A DNA stretch of 61,569 nucleotides, counting the filler. It is 5 parts of 5 records of this genome, joined end to end, with 100 filler letters (N's around TTAATTAATTAA, not from the genome) between each part and the next. Parts side by side here need not be neighbours in the genome. Positions count along the whole stretch, not along the records: positions 14,320 to 23,499 come from SRR2962707_1539; positions 23,600 to 39,682 come from SRR2962707_1545; 3 more parts are not named here. One strand, 5' to 3'. The position numbers and the translations under genes were made by a program. The notes below the pieces were generated by a model. It searched no databases, was not told the origin of the DNA, and worked only from the letters and a program-made list of their open reading frames with translations. Each line of letters opens with the position of its first letter. Within the stretch, counting starts at the first letter, position 1. Shown one piece after another: positions 21,335-31,876 of this stretch.

Positions 21335-22492
21335 ATGGCTGAGCAAAACACCGACTACAACAGCATGAGCGACGAAGACTTCCGCGTCATGGTGCGCCAC
21401 TGGCTGGAACAAAACTATCCAGAGGAAATCCGTAACCCACCGTACCGGCTGGGCATCGGTCCCTGCCGTCCCTGGTACCAGAAGCTGTCGGAAAAAGGCT
21501 GGCTGGCACCGGGTTGGCCCGCCGAGCACGGCGGTATGGGTCTCAGCGCCGGCAAGCAGCTGGCGATGATGGAGGAGATGGAAAATTACGGCTGCGCCCG
21601 TCTGCCGGACTCCGGCATCACCATGCTTGGTCCGCTGCTGATCCGTTACGGCAGCGACGAGCAGAAAGCGCACTTTCTGCCGAAGATCATTAACGGCGAG
21701 CACATCTGGTGCCAGGGTTACTCCGAGCCCAACGCCGGCTCCGACCTGGCGGGCCTGCGCACTGAAGCGCTGCTCGATGGTGACGAATGGGTAATCAACG
21801 GCCAGAAAATCTGGACCACCATGGCCACCGAGGCCAACTGGATCTTCGTGTTGGTGCGCACCAGCCGTGAAGGCAAGCCGCAGCAAGGCATCAGCTTCCT
21901 GCTGGTGCCGATGGACAGCCCCGGTATTGAAGTGCGGCCGATTCCCAATCTGGAACGCCAGGCCGAATTCGCCGAAGTGTTCTTCACCGACGTGCGCGTG
22001 CCGAAGGCCAATCTGGTGGGCGAGGTCAACAAGGGCTGGAGCATGGCCAAGGCGCTGCTCGGCTTCGAACGGATTTTCCTCGGCTCGCCGAAGCAATCTT
22101 CCAACGCTCTGGTGCGGGTGGAGCGTCTGGCGCGCCGGCTCGGTGTTTGGAACGACCCGCTGTTCCAGGACCGTTACACCACTCTGGCGATGGACCTGGA
22201 TTGCCACAAAGCGCTTTACGAGCACTACGCGGATCAGTTGAAACGCGGCGAGTCCCTGGGGCCGGACGTCTCCATGCTGAAAGTGCACCAGTCCGAGTTG
22301 TATCAACGCATCAGCGAACTGGCGTTGCTCACTGCCGGCGAGGATTCCGGCACGCTGGAGCCCTTGCCCGGTGACCCGGATCTGCATCCGGCGGGGATCT
22401 TCATTCAGTCGCGGCCCACCACCATCTACGGTGGCAGTAACGAAATTCAACGCAATATTCTGGCCAAACACGTCCTCGGGCTGCCGTCCTGA
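21335..22492 (+). CDS. Acyl-CoA dehydrogenase, catalytic (PimC-like) subunit
   Basis: WCQGYSEPNAGSDLA, NGQKIWT, LLGFER, IYGGSNEIQRNI. Confidence 0.9.
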   Translation: MAEQNTDYNSMSDEDFRVMVRHWLEQNYPEEIRNPPYRLGIGPCRPWYQKLSEKGWLAPGWPAEHGGMGLSAGKQLAMMEEMENYGCARLPDSGITMLGPLLIRYGSDEQKAHFLPKIINGEHIWCQGYSEPNAGSDLAGLRTEALLDGDEWVINGQKIWTTMATEANWIFVLVRTSREGKPQQGISFLLVPMDSPGIEVRPIPNLERQAEFAEVFFTDVRVPKANLVGEVNKGWSMAKALLGFERIFLGSPKQSSNALVRVERLARRLGVWNDPLFQDRYTTLAMDLDCHKALYEHYADQLKRGESLGPDVSMLKVHQSELYQRISELALLTAGEDSGTLEPLPGDPDLHPAGIFIQSRPTTIYGGSNEIQRNILAKHVLGLPS

Positions 22493-22519
22493 GACAAAAG
22501 TATCAACGGGAGAGAAATC

Positions 22520-23440
22520 ATGGCACAACAACCCATGCTGGAAGACAAAGTCGTCATCGTCACCGGTGGTGGCGGCGGTGTAGGCCGCGCCTATGTTCTG
22601 GCGGCCGCCGCCGCCGGCGCCAAAGTGGTGATCAACGACATCGGCGTATCCCTCACCGGTGAAGGCGGTTCGCAAAGCCCGGCGGAAGAAACCCTCGCCA
22701 TGGTGCGCGAGCTGGGCGGCGAAGGCGTCATCAACACCGACAGCGTGTCCGATTGGGACAGCGCCCGCCGCATCGTCGATTGCGCGCAGGATCACTTCGG
22801 CCGTCTCGACGCGGTGGTCAACAACGCCGGTGTGCTGCGCGACGTCATGTTCCACAAAATGTCACTGGAAGAGTGGCAGCTGGTGGTGGACGTTCACCTC
22901 AACGGCACTTTCTATGTAAGCCGTGCCGCCGCCGAAATTTTCCGCAAGCAGCACAGTGGTGCCTACATTCATACTGTCAGCACCTCCGGTTTGATCGGTA
23001 ACTTTGGCCAGGCCAACTATTCCGCCGCGAAACTGGGCATCGCCGCGCTGTCCAAGTCCATCGCTCTGGACATGCAGCGTTACGGCGTGCGTTCCAACTG
23101 CATCGCGCCGTTCGCCTGGAGCCGCATGACCAGCTCCATTCCCGCCCGCACCGACGAAGAAAAAGCGCGAGTGGAAAAACTCAAGCAAATGACTCCGGAC
23201 AAGAACGCGCCTCTGGTGGTGTTCCTGGCCTCGGATCAGGCCCAGGACATCAGCGGCCAGATCTTCTCCGTGCGCAACAACGAGATTTTCACCATGGGCC
23301 AGAGCCGTCCGCTCAAAAGCGTGCACCGTGGCGAAGGCTGGACTCCGGAAACCGTGGCCGATCACGCCATCCCGGCACTGAAGTCCACCTTCTATCCGCT
23401 GGAGCGCAGCGGCGACGTGTTCAGCTGGGACCCGATTTAA
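22520..23440 (+). CDS. SDR of the MFE-2 / (R)-3-hydroxyacyl-CoA dehydrogenase type
   Basis: TGGGGGVG, VINDIG, VNNAGVLRD, VHLNG, SGLIGNFGQANYSAAK, RSNCIAP...SRMT. Confidence 0.85.
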   Translation: MAQQPMLEDKVVIVTGGGGGVGRAYVLAAAAAGAKVVINDIGVSLTGEGGSQSPAEETLAMVRELGGEGVINTDSVSDWDSARRIVDCAQDHFGRLDAVVNNAGVLRDVMFHKMSLEEWQLVVDVHLNGTFYVSRAAAEIFRKQHSGAYIHTVSTSGLIGNFGQANYSAAKLGIAALSKSIALDMQRYGVRSNCIAPFAWSRMTSSIPARTDEEKARVEKLKQMTPDKNAPLVVFLASDQAQDISGQIFSVRNNEIFTMGQSRPLKSVHRGEGWTPETVADHAIPALKSTFYPLERSGDVFSWDPI

Positions 23441-23479
23441 CAGGGCATTCCCAGCACCCGATGTAGCTGCGAAGCCGCT

Positions 23480-23499
23480 GTGGGAGCTTGTCCGGGCGG
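23480..23499 (+). repeat. REP element truncated by the contig end
   Basis: GTGGGAGCTTGTCCGGGCGG; upstream CGAAGCCGCT is nearly identical to the flank of the copy at 56024. Confidence 0.65.
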
Positions 23500-23599
23500 N
23501 NNNNNNNNNNNNNNNNNNNNNNNNNNNNNNNNNNNNNNNNNNNTTAATTAATTAANNNNNNNNNNNNNNNNNNNNNNNNNNNNNNNNNNNNNNNNNNNN
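23500..23599. other. Artificial contig linker
   Basis: 44 N + TTAATTAATTAA + 44 N. Confidence 0.98.
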
Positions 23600-23773
23600 T
23601 GGCCCGATCATCAGGATGTTCTTGGGGTACACTTCATCGCGCAGGTCATCGCCCAATTGCTTGCGGCGCCAGCGGTTGCGCAACGCCACAGCAACGGCGC
23701 GCTTCGCGTCATTCTGACCGATAATAAACCGGTCAAGTTCGGATACGATTTCGCGGGGGGTTAGATCGGTCAT
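23600..23773 (-). CDS. hslU: HslU ATPase subunit, N-terminal fragment cut by the contig end
   Basis: [37 protein letters not shown]...PKNILMIGP. Confidence 0.95.
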
Positions 23774-24327
23774 GGTTTGATTTTCTCCACCGTCAGGTTG
23801 CCATTGGTATAAACGCAGATGTCCGAGGCGATTTTCATCGCGTCGCGGGCCACGGTTTCTGCATCCCGGCCGCTGTCCATCATGCCGCGGGCCGCGGCCA
23901 ACGCATAGTTACCGCCGGATCCGATGGCGGCGACGTTATGTTCGGGCTCAAGCACATCACCGGCACCCGTGATAATCAACAGCTCGGTCCCATCGGTGAC
24001 AATCAACATCGCCTCAAGCTTTTGCAGGTATTTGTCGGTGCGCCAGTCCTTGGCCAGCTCAACGCTTGCCCGTGCCAATTGCCCCGGCGTCGCCTCAAGC
24101 TTGACCTCTAGCCGCTCCAGCAAGGTAAACGCGTCTGCCGTCGATCCGGCAAAGCCCGCGACCACATCAAAGCCACCGGGGCTAAGCCGGCGGACCTTGC
24201 GGGCGGTGCCCTTGATCACGGTTTGGCCCAGACTGACCTGACCGTCGCCTGCGATGACCACTTCACCGTCTTTTTTAACGCCGATAATTGTGGTTCCGTG
24301 CCATCCGGGAAATTCTTGGCTAGACAT
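23770..24327 (-). CDS. hslV: HslV protease subunit
   Basis: [58 protein letters not shown] before ATG 24327. Confidence 0.96.
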   Translation of the reverse strand: MSSQEFPGWHGTTIIGVKKDGEVVIAGDGQVSLGQTVIKGTARKVRRLSPGGFDVVAGFAGSTADAFTLLERLEVKLEATPGQLARASVELAKDWRTDKYLQKLEAMLIVTDGTELLIITGAGDVLEPEHNVAAIGSGGNYALAAARGMMDSGRDAETVARDAMKIASDICVYTNGNLTVEKIKP

Positions 24328-24350
24328 GCTCGGTCTCCTTCTTTGAACTT

Positions 24351-24383
24351 CTATATGGTCGCCGGAACCGCGCGGGGCAAGGG
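24351..24383 (-). promoter_or_regulatory. Candidate sigma32 (RpoH) promoter of hslVU
   Basis: Minus strand CCCTTG...CCATATAG resembles alphaproteobacterial heat-shock promoters and lies upstream of heat-shock genes. Confidence 0.55.
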
Positions 24384-24440
24384 TGTGGCCATTGGCGGCG
24401 GCGGGTGTTTGCGGGTTTTGGGGTGCCTTGGCAGGACCAT

Positions 24441-24473
24441 GCACAAAGGGCGCCCCGTTTCCGGTGCGCCCTT
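24441..24473 (-). terminator. Intrinsic terminator after trxA
   Basis: Minus strand AAGGGCGC-ACCGGAAACGGG-GCGCCCTT-TGTGC. Confidence 0.6.
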
Positions 24474-24495
24474 GGCAAAACTACATGAGTTTGGT

Positions 24496-24816
24496 TCAGA
24501 TCGACTCTTCGATCCAGCTTTGGATATTGGTCTTTGGGCGTGCGCCGGACAGGTTGGAAACGACTTCGCCACCTTTGAAAATGAACAAGGCGGGGATACC
24601 GCGAACACCCATTTGTGCTGGGCTGTTCGGGTTCTCGTCAACGTTTACTTTGACGATTTTTACCTTGCCAGCCATTTCAGCGGAAAGCTCTTCCAGGGCC
24701 GGTCCGATTTGCTTGCAGGGACCGCACCATTCTGCCCAGAAATCCACCACTACGGGGATATCGGAATTTTTAACTTCAGCGTCGAATGTTGCGTCTGTGA
24801 CTGCGACCGTGGCCAT
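24496..24816 (-). CDS. trxA: Thioredoxin
   Basis: [30 protein letters not shown] before ATG 24816. Confidence 0.96.
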   Translation of the reverse strand: MATVAVTDATFDAEVKNSDIPVVVDFWAEWCGPCKQIGPALEELSAEMAGKVKIVKVNVDENPNSPAQMGVRGIPALFIFKGGEVVSNLSGARPKTNIQSWIEESI

Positions 24817-24853
24817 GATGCTCTCCTGCACAAGGAATGATTAGAATTGGAAC

Positions 24854-27800
24854 CTATGTAGCCACTGTGCCTTCGTCAAGATCGACAGCGCGGGACAAGG
24901 CATTTGTGATCATATCGCCGGGCAGCTCCATCAGATCAGCGCCCCGCGTCCATAGAATTGCCGTGCGAATACGGTGGTTTGGAAATACCTGCGCCAGCGC
25001 TGCGGCATAAGCACCCATCTGGCGCAAAATCCCATCGGGGCAGGCGGCAGGCGTGGCCGGGACAACGCGATTTGTTTTGAAATCAATCGCCAACACATCC
25101 GTTTCTGTCACCAACAACCGGTCAATCGTGCCATGAATACGCCACTTTGGAAGTTGCGCGGTAACTGGCACCTCAAGCAACGCGTCGGGGGCAAAGATGT
25201 GGCTAATCTCTGGTTTGGTCATCACGCCCATGGCCTCTTGCAGGGCGCGGTTTGCGATGGTCGGATCATAGCCATCGCTGATGCTGCGCAGCAGTTCATC
25301 CCAGTTGTCAGTGGGCAAGGCGGGCATGGTTTCAAGCAGTTTATGGACAAGTGTGCCATATGCTTTGGCCTCGTCCTCGGTCATGCCGTCCTCTCCCGGC
25401 AGCGCCTTGGCACCGCCAAGATCCGAAGGGGATTTGGTTTCAGGCCGATGTGGAATATCGGTAAGCTTGTTCAAGAAAACAGGCTCTAGCACTGGGGTAT
25501 TCGGCGTATCGGCCTTGTGATCCCGAATGGGCAGCCCGTCCCAATCACCATACTGAAACCGCAGTTTGCCGGTTTCTCCGACAGGGATCGCACCGGCCTG
25601 ACCCATGGCGGCACCGATCATCTGGTACCAACTGCTGTCATCCTTGGGCAGGTCACCAGCAGCGGCCACGATCAGCCATTTTTCCGCCCGCGTCATCGCC
25701 ACATACAGCAGGCGCAAGCGTTCATCGCGTTCACGGTCCTTCCGCGCGTCCAACGCATCGCGCATGGCAGCTGGCATATCCGTATCGGACATTTTCCAAA
25801 CTGGTGTGTCGCCCATTTTGATAATCTCGTCGCGGATCACAAGATTGCGCTTGCCGGTGTCGGGCAGGATCACGATCGGCGCCTCAAGCCCCTTGGCGCC
25901 GTGCACCGTCATCACCCTGATCTGGTCGGATGCGTTGTCGATCTGGCGCTTGATCTCAAGGTCGTCGGTCTGCATCCACACCAGAAATCCCGTCAGACTG
26001 GGGATCGCGCCGCGTTCATAGGACAGCGCCTGGGCAAGCATCGCGTTAATGCCATCCTCAGCCTCTGGCCCTAAACGTGCCAACAGTTTTCGCCGCCCCT
26101 CGTGACGCGTCAAAATACGTTCGATCAGGTCATAGGGCCGCAGAAAATCGACTTTATTACGCAAATCACGCAGGATTTCGACGGTTTCGGGGTATTCAGG
26201 GTTGTCGCGCAACGCCTGCCACAGGTGATCTTCGGTCCGGTAATGCGACAGCTTGAACAGCATCTGTTCTGACCACCCGAACAAGGGCGATTTCAGCGCG
26301 GTGGCCAGTGACAGGCTATCTTCGGGGGTGGCAAGGAATGACAGCAGCGCCGCCAGATCCTTGACCGCAAGTTCGGCACCGACCTTGAGGCGGTCAGCGC
26401 CGGCAATGGGCAAGCCCGCGGTCTTGCAGGCGCGAATGATCTCCGAAAACAGGGCGCTGCGCCGTTGCACAAGGATCAGAAAGTCACCAGCCCGAATGCG
26501 GCGGCGCTCAAATCCGCCGGGCACATCGGCATCAACCGGCAGATAATGGTCGCCTTGAGTCAATGTCTTGATCTGTGCGGCAATTTTATCGGCCAGAACC
26601 ACGGTGTGATGGTGATCTGATTGCTGGTCCACAGGATCGGACCATTCACGATCATCGGGTTCTTCCGATTTTTCGACCAAAGGCCACAGATCAACGCGGC
26701 CGGGCAGGGCGGATTTGAACGCGATATGCTTGCCATCGGCGGCGAATCCGGCACTAGCATGAGGGGTAAAGCTGGTGTCGACCAATTGCAAAATTGCCGA
26801 TGAAGACCGGAACGAATAATCCAGACTGCGCCGTTGGAAAAGCTGTCCAGCGTCGGTGATCTTGCCCTCGAACAGGGTTTGTTTGTGGTCAAATTCGCGC
26901 GGGTCGGCCCCTTGGAATGAATAGATGGACTGCTTTTTGTCACCCACCACGAACAAGGTGCGCGCATCGCCTTGGTTGGCACCATCGCCGCTGTAAAATT
27001 CATCCGTGAGCCGTTCGATCACGTCCCATTGGCGCGGGCTGGTGTCTTGGGCCTCGTCCACCAGAATATGGTCGATGCCGCCATCGATACGGTACAAAAC
27101 CCACGCAGCAACGGCAGGATCGGTCAACAAAGCGCGCGCTTTCAGGATCAGATCGTCGAAATCCAGCCAGCCGCGTTTTTGTTTTTCCAGCGCATAGCGT
27201 TTCAGGAACGCATGGGCGAACTGATGCAAAACGAATGTTCTTTGCGCCGCTTTCAACGACAGCCGCGCGTTGCGGGCGCTTTCAACCCGCGCCATCAGAT
27301 CATCAACCTGCGACATGATATGCGACAACGCCTTTTGCGCGGCCTTGGTGGGCACGCTGCCGATTTTCGCACTAAAGGGCGACGCGGCAGACCCGCCTGT
27401 CAGAAATACCCCTTCGAGGATGGGCAGGGCGGTGATGTCCAGCACGCCAATCGACCGCAGCTTTTCGGCGTTCTTTTGATCCGTAACGCCGCTGTCTTTC
27501 ATGACGCTGACCATCTGATCGATGATGCTGCTCTCTGATCCCAGAAAAACCGAAGACGCGATGTTTTCTTCGGTCAGATCGGCGGGCTGATCGAACAGCG
27601 CCAACGCATCGCCCCACGCCAAAGGAGCTTCAAATCCTTCGCGTTCACCGACAATGGCGCGGGTCAGTTTGCTGAAATCCTCGCCGGTATAATGGCGGGC
27701 AAGGGCGACCACATATTGCCCATCATGGCCTTCGACCATTTTATCGACAATCTCGGCCCGCAGCAGATCCGCAGCGCGGTCTTCGATTTCAGTGAATTGC

Positions 27801-28231
27801 GGACTTACCCCGGCCTCAAGCGGGAAACGTCGCAGCAAAGACGCACAGAACGAGTGGATCGTCTGAATTTTCAACCCGCCGGGCGTTTCAATCGCGCGGG
27901 CAAACAGCGTGCGGGCCATGCGCAGTTTTTCGGGGGTAAATGCGTCCGTGACACCCAGTTCGGCCAATGACGCGCGCAGATCGTTATCCTTGAGCATCGC
28001 CCAAGCGCCCAGACGTTTGAACAACCGGTTCTGCATCTCTGACGCGGCGGCCTTGGTGTAGGTCAGACACAAAATATGCTGCGGTTCGACCCCGTTTAGC
28101 AACAGACGCGCAACGCGGTCGGTCAGAACCCGCGTCTTGCCGGAGCCGGCATTCGCCCCCAACCATGTGGACGCATCGGGCCGGGCGGCATCGATCTGCG
28201 CGCGGGTTGCATCATCAAAATGCGCGGTCAT
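24854..28231 (-). CDS. addA: AddA helicase/nuclease
   Basis: Walker A ANAGSGKT, CLTYTKAAASEM, LVDEAQD, VGDKKQSIYSFQGA, TVHGAKGLE, YVAMTRA, nuclease GTIDRL...IDFKT. Confidence 0.96.
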   Translation of the reverse strand: MTAHFDDATRAQIDAARPDASTWLGANAGSGKTRVLTDRVARLLLNGVEPQHILCLTYTKAAASEMQNRLFKRLGAWAMLKDNDLRASLAELGVTDAFTPEKLRMARTLFARAIETPGGLKIQTIHSFCASLLRRFPLEAGVSPQFTEIEDRAADLLRAEIVDKMVEGHDGQYVVALARHYTGEDFSKLTRAIVGEREGFEAPLAWGDALALFDQPADLTEENIASSVFLGSESSIIDQMVSVMKDSGVTDQKNAEKLRSIGVLDITALPILEGVFLTGGSAASPFSAKIGSVPTKAAQKALSHIMSQVDDLMARVESARNARLSLKAAQRTFVLHQFAHAFLKRYALEKQKRGWLDFDDLILKARALLTDPAVAAWVLYRIDGGIDHILVDEAQDTSPRQWDVIERLTDEFYSGDGANQGDARTLFVVGDKKQSIYSFQGADPREFDHKQTLFEGKITDAGQLFQRRSLDYSFRSSSAILQLVDTSFTPHASAGFAADGKHIAFKSALPGRVDLWPLVEKSEEPDDREWSDPVDQQSDHHHTVVLADKIAAQIKTLTQGDHYLPVDADVPGGFERRRIRAGDFLILVQRRSALFSEIIRACKTAGLPIAGADRLKVGAELAVKDLAALLSFLATPEDSLSLATALKSPLFGWSEQMLFKLSHYRTEDHLWQALRDNPEYPETVEILRDLRNKVDFLRPYDLIERILTRHEGRRKLLARLGPEAEDGINAMLAQALSYERGAIPSLTGFLVWMQTDDLEIKRQIDNASDQIRVMTVHGAKGLEAPIVILPDTGKRNLVIRDEIIKMGDTPVWKMSDTDMPAAMRDALDARKDRERDERLRLLYVAMTRAEKWLIVAAAGDLPKDDSSWYQMIGAAMGQAGAIPVGETGKLRFQYGDWDGLPIRDHKADTPNTPVLEPVFLNKLTDIPHRPETKSPSDLGGAKALPGEDGMTEDEAKAYGTLVHKLLETMPALPTDNWDELLRSISDGYDPTIANRALQEAMGVMTKPEISHIFAPDALLEVPVTAQLPKWRIHGTIDRLLVTETDVLAIDFKTNRVVPATPAACPDGILRQMGAYAAALAQVFPNHRIRTAILWTRGADLMELPGDMITNALSRAVDLDEGTVAT

Positions 28232-31191
28232 GTCAGATCCTCCGGCACGGGGTCATTTGTGCCATCCCATTCGCCAAAGCGGGCAAGCTGATCATAATCG
28301 CCCGCGAAATCGGTGGTTTTGACCATGCGGCGGGATGTGAACCCCTGATCGTCGGACAGGTAGCTGGTCATCAGCGCGTGCAGCTTGGCCAGCACCTCGT
28401 GCGGTGGCTCTTCGTCAAGCGGGGCGGACAGCTCGACGGGGTTGCTGCCCAGCCCGATATAGGCGGCGTTGGCCACATGGGCGGGGCCGATCTGCTCGAA
28501 ACCGCCTTCCTCGACCATAGCGGCCTCAAGAAGCAGTTGTTTATCAAAGGCCTTTTGTTCGGCCTTGCTGGGCGGCGCGCCGGTTTTATAGTCATAGATC
28601 AGGATGTCGCCGTCATCCGTCCGGTCGATCCGGTCGGCAAACCCGGTGAGGGTAAAGCCGAGATCGGCAAAGCTGTGTCTGCCCTTTGCCGCCTTTTCAA
28701 ACGCGGCGGGGCTGGAATAGCTTTGACGCTTGGTCTCGTTCTCGATGAACCAATCAGCGATGCGTTCGATTTTGGTCAGCCACATGACACGGGCAGCGGG
28801 CCAAGGGGCTTCGGACTCCAGAACCTGCGCGGCAGTCTCTAACAGGTGGGATTTCGTGAGGTTCGCAGGGTTTGCGGATACCGATTTGATGAACCGTTCC
28901 ATGATTTCATGCACGATAATGCCGCGCACGGGTGCGTCGGGCGATTGCACCAGCGGGTTCAGCGCGCGCAGTTTCAGGCTGTGCTTGGCATAAACCGCAT
29001 AGGGGTCGCGGATCAGGCGCTTGATCTCGGTCACCGACAGCGCATGTGGCCGCGCGGCCCGTGGCGGCCGCGGCGAGGGGCGCGTGGCAGGATCGACACG
29101 CGTAACCGTTTCCAAGGCGCGCGCCTGTTCCAGCCAATGATTGCCACGTTGGATCATGGCCTTCCAAGCTGCATCGCCGCCCTGTTCGGGCAGCCCGTTC
29201 AGCAGGTTTCCCAATCGGTTCAGCCAACGCGACGGCACGGTTTCAGCCTCGTCCGACCGGATGGCGCGGGTCAGGCAGACCTCGGGCGCGGCGATGGATT
29301 GCTGATAGTCGTGGGCAGACAGACCAATGCGCCGTTCCGGCAACAGCAATCCGGCCTTTAGCCGCATTTGACGGTTCAGCCATGGATCGGGCGGCGGCGC
29401 CTCGGGCCAAGTGCTGTCGTTCAGACCGCCCATAATGATCAGCTCGGCCCCTTGAACGCGGGCCTCCATCGTGCCCCAGATCATCACATGGGGGTGGGGG
29501 GCGTCGCGTTCGCGGATCTCGCCGTTTTGCAACAGGGCACCCACCAGATCGGCGTAATCAGACGCAGACATGTCGCCGCCATATTGCGCATTCTCCGCCA
29601 GATCGGTCATGACTTTGTTGGCTTCTTCGCCCGCCGTGTGCTGCCAAAGCCAGCTGTCCGATGTCGGGTTCGACCCTTCTGCGATGGCTGTTGCCTGACT
29701 TAAATGCTGCGCGACCCAAGCGTCGAGCGGAAGGTCGTCCGGAATTTCGAGGTTGGTGAAATTCTCGCCGACCCAAGTGGCCCAAACGTCCATCTGTTCC
29801 GGCTGCTTTGACCGCGCAACGGATTTGCGTGCCAACCGCAAGATGCCTTCGGCGTCAGGATAGGGCAGCCCGTCGCGCCGCAGCTGCAACTCTAACCGTT
29901 GAGTATTAAGCTGATGCAGGTTCCGGTCGCCGCCGCTGTGGGTTAGCGGGTGTTTTAGAATGGTCAGCAGCGCTTCGGAATCCAGTTTGCGCAAAAACAG
30001 ATCGGCAATGTGACGCAGGAAACGGCCGGGGGGCGAAAGGTGCAGGGGCGATCCGGCGCTGTCATCAGGCAGGATATTCCAGCGGTCCAAGGCCGATGTG
30101 ACCTGCCGAGACAGCATCCGGTCCGGCGTGATCAGCGCTGCGGTTTGCCCGTCTTCGACCGCCTGACGCAGACGCATTGCAATGGCCAATGCCTCGGCGC
30201 GCGGGGTCGGGGCCTGTATCAGGGTTAACCCTTGGGTCGCGCGGTTCAAATCTGGCAGTTTCGGCCCTTCGGTCAGCCACACATGGGTCACGGGGGCAGG
30301 GCGCAAAGACAATGATACCAATGCGTTACGTTCAGATGACGGGGGTGGTTGATCTGTCCAAGCGGCGACTTTTCTGTGGGATACATCAAGCGCGCGCAAC
30401 ATATCGCGGAACCGGTATTGCGGGTGGTCTTGCGACAGTTTTTCCTGATCCTCGCCCAGATCTGTCCAGACATTTCCGGGCATGTCAAAATCGAAACCCG
30501 GCAAGATGATAGCACCCTGAGGCAGCCGGGAAACCGCCTGCATCAACAGCGCCGACGTGCCACGTGATCCGGTTGATCCCGCAACGATAATAGGGTGCTG
30601 GGGCGGGTTTTCCTGCCAGCTTGCAATCAGCTGCGCCGCGACCTGACGTTGACGCGCGCGCGGGTCGGGGCGGGTTACGCTTTCCCCCAGATAGCGGTGC
30701 GCGATGTCCAAAAATTGCTTGGCACGTTCCCAATGTCCCGACTGATCGCTGACATCCAAATTGGTGACGGCCTCTACCGGGACACCTTCGCCCTGCATTT
30801 CATCGATCAAGCCTGCCAGACTGTCCGACAGATCATAAAGCGATGCGCGCGGGGCCAGATCGGGCGCTTGATCCAGCAGTTTTGACACCAGTGTGATCAG
30901 TTCCAACCGCCGCCGCAACGCGGGGCTGGGGCGCGGCAGCGCAACACCCGAGGACAAGGTATCAAGGTTATCGATCATGTGAATGCGCGGCAGCAAGCTG
31001 GCAGGGCCGGTATCAAAAAACCCGCGCAGCCGCCGTTGCATGCGGCGGGTGTTCACCACCAGATCAATGCGCGCAATGGCCTGCGGGGGATGACCCTGCA
31101 GCCGGTCCAGCAACCCGTTCAGCAGCTCCTGGGGGAAATCCACACCGGGGGCGAGGCCGAAAATACGCGGCGTGTCAGAGGGTTCAAACAT
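28228..31191 (-). CDS. addB: AddB nuclease subunit
   Basis: AGSTGSRG, TAALITPDR, ERRIGLSAHD, LSVTEIKRLIRDPY, GFADRID...YDYKTG. Start at ATG 31191. Confidence 0.95.
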   Translation of the reverse strand: MFEPSDTPRIFGLAPGVDFPQELLNGLLDRLQGHPPQAIARIDLVVNTRRMQRRLRGFFDTGPASLLPRIHMIDNLDTLSSGVALPRPSPALRRRLELITLVSKLLDQAPDLAPRASLYDLSDSLAGLIDEMQGEGVPVEAVTNLDVSDQSGHWERAKQFLDIAHRYLGESVTRPDPRARQRQVAAQLIASWQENPPQHPIIVAGSTGSRGTSALLMQAVSRLPQGAIILPGFDFDMPGNVWTDLGEDQEKLSQDHPQYRFRDMLRALDVSHRKVAAWTDQPPPSSERNALVSLSLRPAPVTHVWLTEGPKLPDLNRATQGLTLIQAPTPRAEALAIAMRLRQAVEDGQTAALITPDRMLSRQVTSALDRWNILPDDSAGSPLHLSPPGRFLRHIADLFLRKLDSEALLTILKHPLTHSGGDRNLHQLNTQRLELQLRRDGLPYPDAEGILRLARKSVARSKQPEQMDVWATWVGENFTNLEIPDDLPLDAWVAQHLSQATAIAEGSNPTSDSWLWQHTAGEEANKVMTDLAENAQYGGDMSASDYADLVGALLQNGEIRERDAPHPHVMIWGTMEARVQGAELIIMGGLNDSTWPEAPPPDPWLNRQMRLKAGLLLPERRIGLSAHDYQQSIAAPEVCLTRAIRSDEAETVPSRWLNRLGNLLNGLPEQGGDAAWKAMIQRGNHWLEQARALETVTRVDPATRPSPRPPRAARPHALSVTEIKRLIRDPYAVYAKHSLKLRALNPLVQSPDAPVRGIIVHEIMERFIKSVSANPANLTKSHLLETAAQVLESEAPWPAARVMWLTKIERIADWFIENETKRQSYSSPAAFEKAAKGRHSFADLGFTLTGFADRIDRTDDGDILIYDYKTGAPPSKAEQKAFDKQLLLEAAMVEEGGFEQIGPAHVANAAYIGLGSNPVELSAPLDEEPPHEVLAKLHALMTSYLSDDQGFTSRRMVKTTDFAGDYDQLARFGEWDGTNDPVPEDLT

Positions 31192-31876
31192 CGGCATCCC
31201 CCAGCATGTTTTCAGCAAGGGTTATCCCCTCGGGGTGGCCCACGTCACACCATTTGCCAGTATAGCGCACCCCGTAGATGCGGCCCGTCGTCAGCATCTT
31301 GTCCCACAGCAGGTTCAGGGAAAATGCGCGGTCAGGAATCGTCTCTAACAAGTCGGTTTTTATGATTTGCACACCGCCATAAATCACACCGGGGCCACGG
31401 GTCAGCTGCCCGTTTTGACCCATGACAAAGTCGCCTTTGCCGGAATGGCCGACGGCCTGCGCGGTGGGGATGCCGATCAGCAGGGCATCCATGATGTCGG
31501 GATTCCATACGTCTTGCAACATCGCCAGCGGGTTCGGCCCGGCCCAGATGGCATCGGTGTTCATGGTGAAAACCGGACCCGTGCCCAACATCGGCAATGC
31601 ATTGCGCAACCCGCCGCCCGTTTCAAGGATATCTGGCGTTTCCACGATGGTTTGCACGTTGCGCCCGTTAAGATGCGCAAGCAGGGGGGCCGGTTTGTAA
31701 TGCAGGTTCGCGACAATGCGATCCGGCGCGATACCGTTCGCCAGATCAAGCGCGTGATCAATCAGGGCGCGCCCTGCGACCTTGACCATCGGCTTGGGTT
31801 GGTCCTGCGTCAAATGCTTCATCCGCGTGCCAAAGCCCGCGGCGAACATCATCACGGATCTGGGTGTGTCGCGCAT
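31184..31876 (-). CDS. murU: Nucleotidyltransferase (MurU-like MurNAc-1-P uridylyltransferase)
   Basis: FAAGFGTRMKHLTQDQPKPMVKV, LETGGG, WCDVGHPE. Adjacent to amgK. Confidence 0.8.
   Translation of the reverse strand: MRDTPRSVMMFAAGFGTRMKHLTQDQPKPMVKVAGRALIDHALDLANGIAPDRIVANLHYKPAPLLAHLNGRNVQTIVETPDILETGGGLRNALPMLGTGPVFTMNTDAIWAGPNPLAMLQDVWNPDIMDALLIGIPTAQAVGHSGKGDFVMGQNGQLTRGPGVIYGGVQIIKTDLLETIPDRAFSLNLLWDKMLTTGRIYGVRYTGKWCDVGHPEGITLAENMLGDADV

Noticed and set aside
23600-23773. hslU, ahcY, tex and copA as pseudogenes
   Set aside because: They are truncated only by contig or window edges, with no internal stops or frameshifts seen.
23440-23773. Functional linkage across linkers (for example the beta-oxidation operon with hslVU, or ahcY with the CoA ligase)
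   Set aside because: The adjacent pieces come from different contigs and apparently different organisms.
24854-31191. Helicase-nuclease pair as a novel defence system
   Set aside because: It is the housekeeping AddAB recombination complex in its usual alphaproteobacterial neighbourhood.
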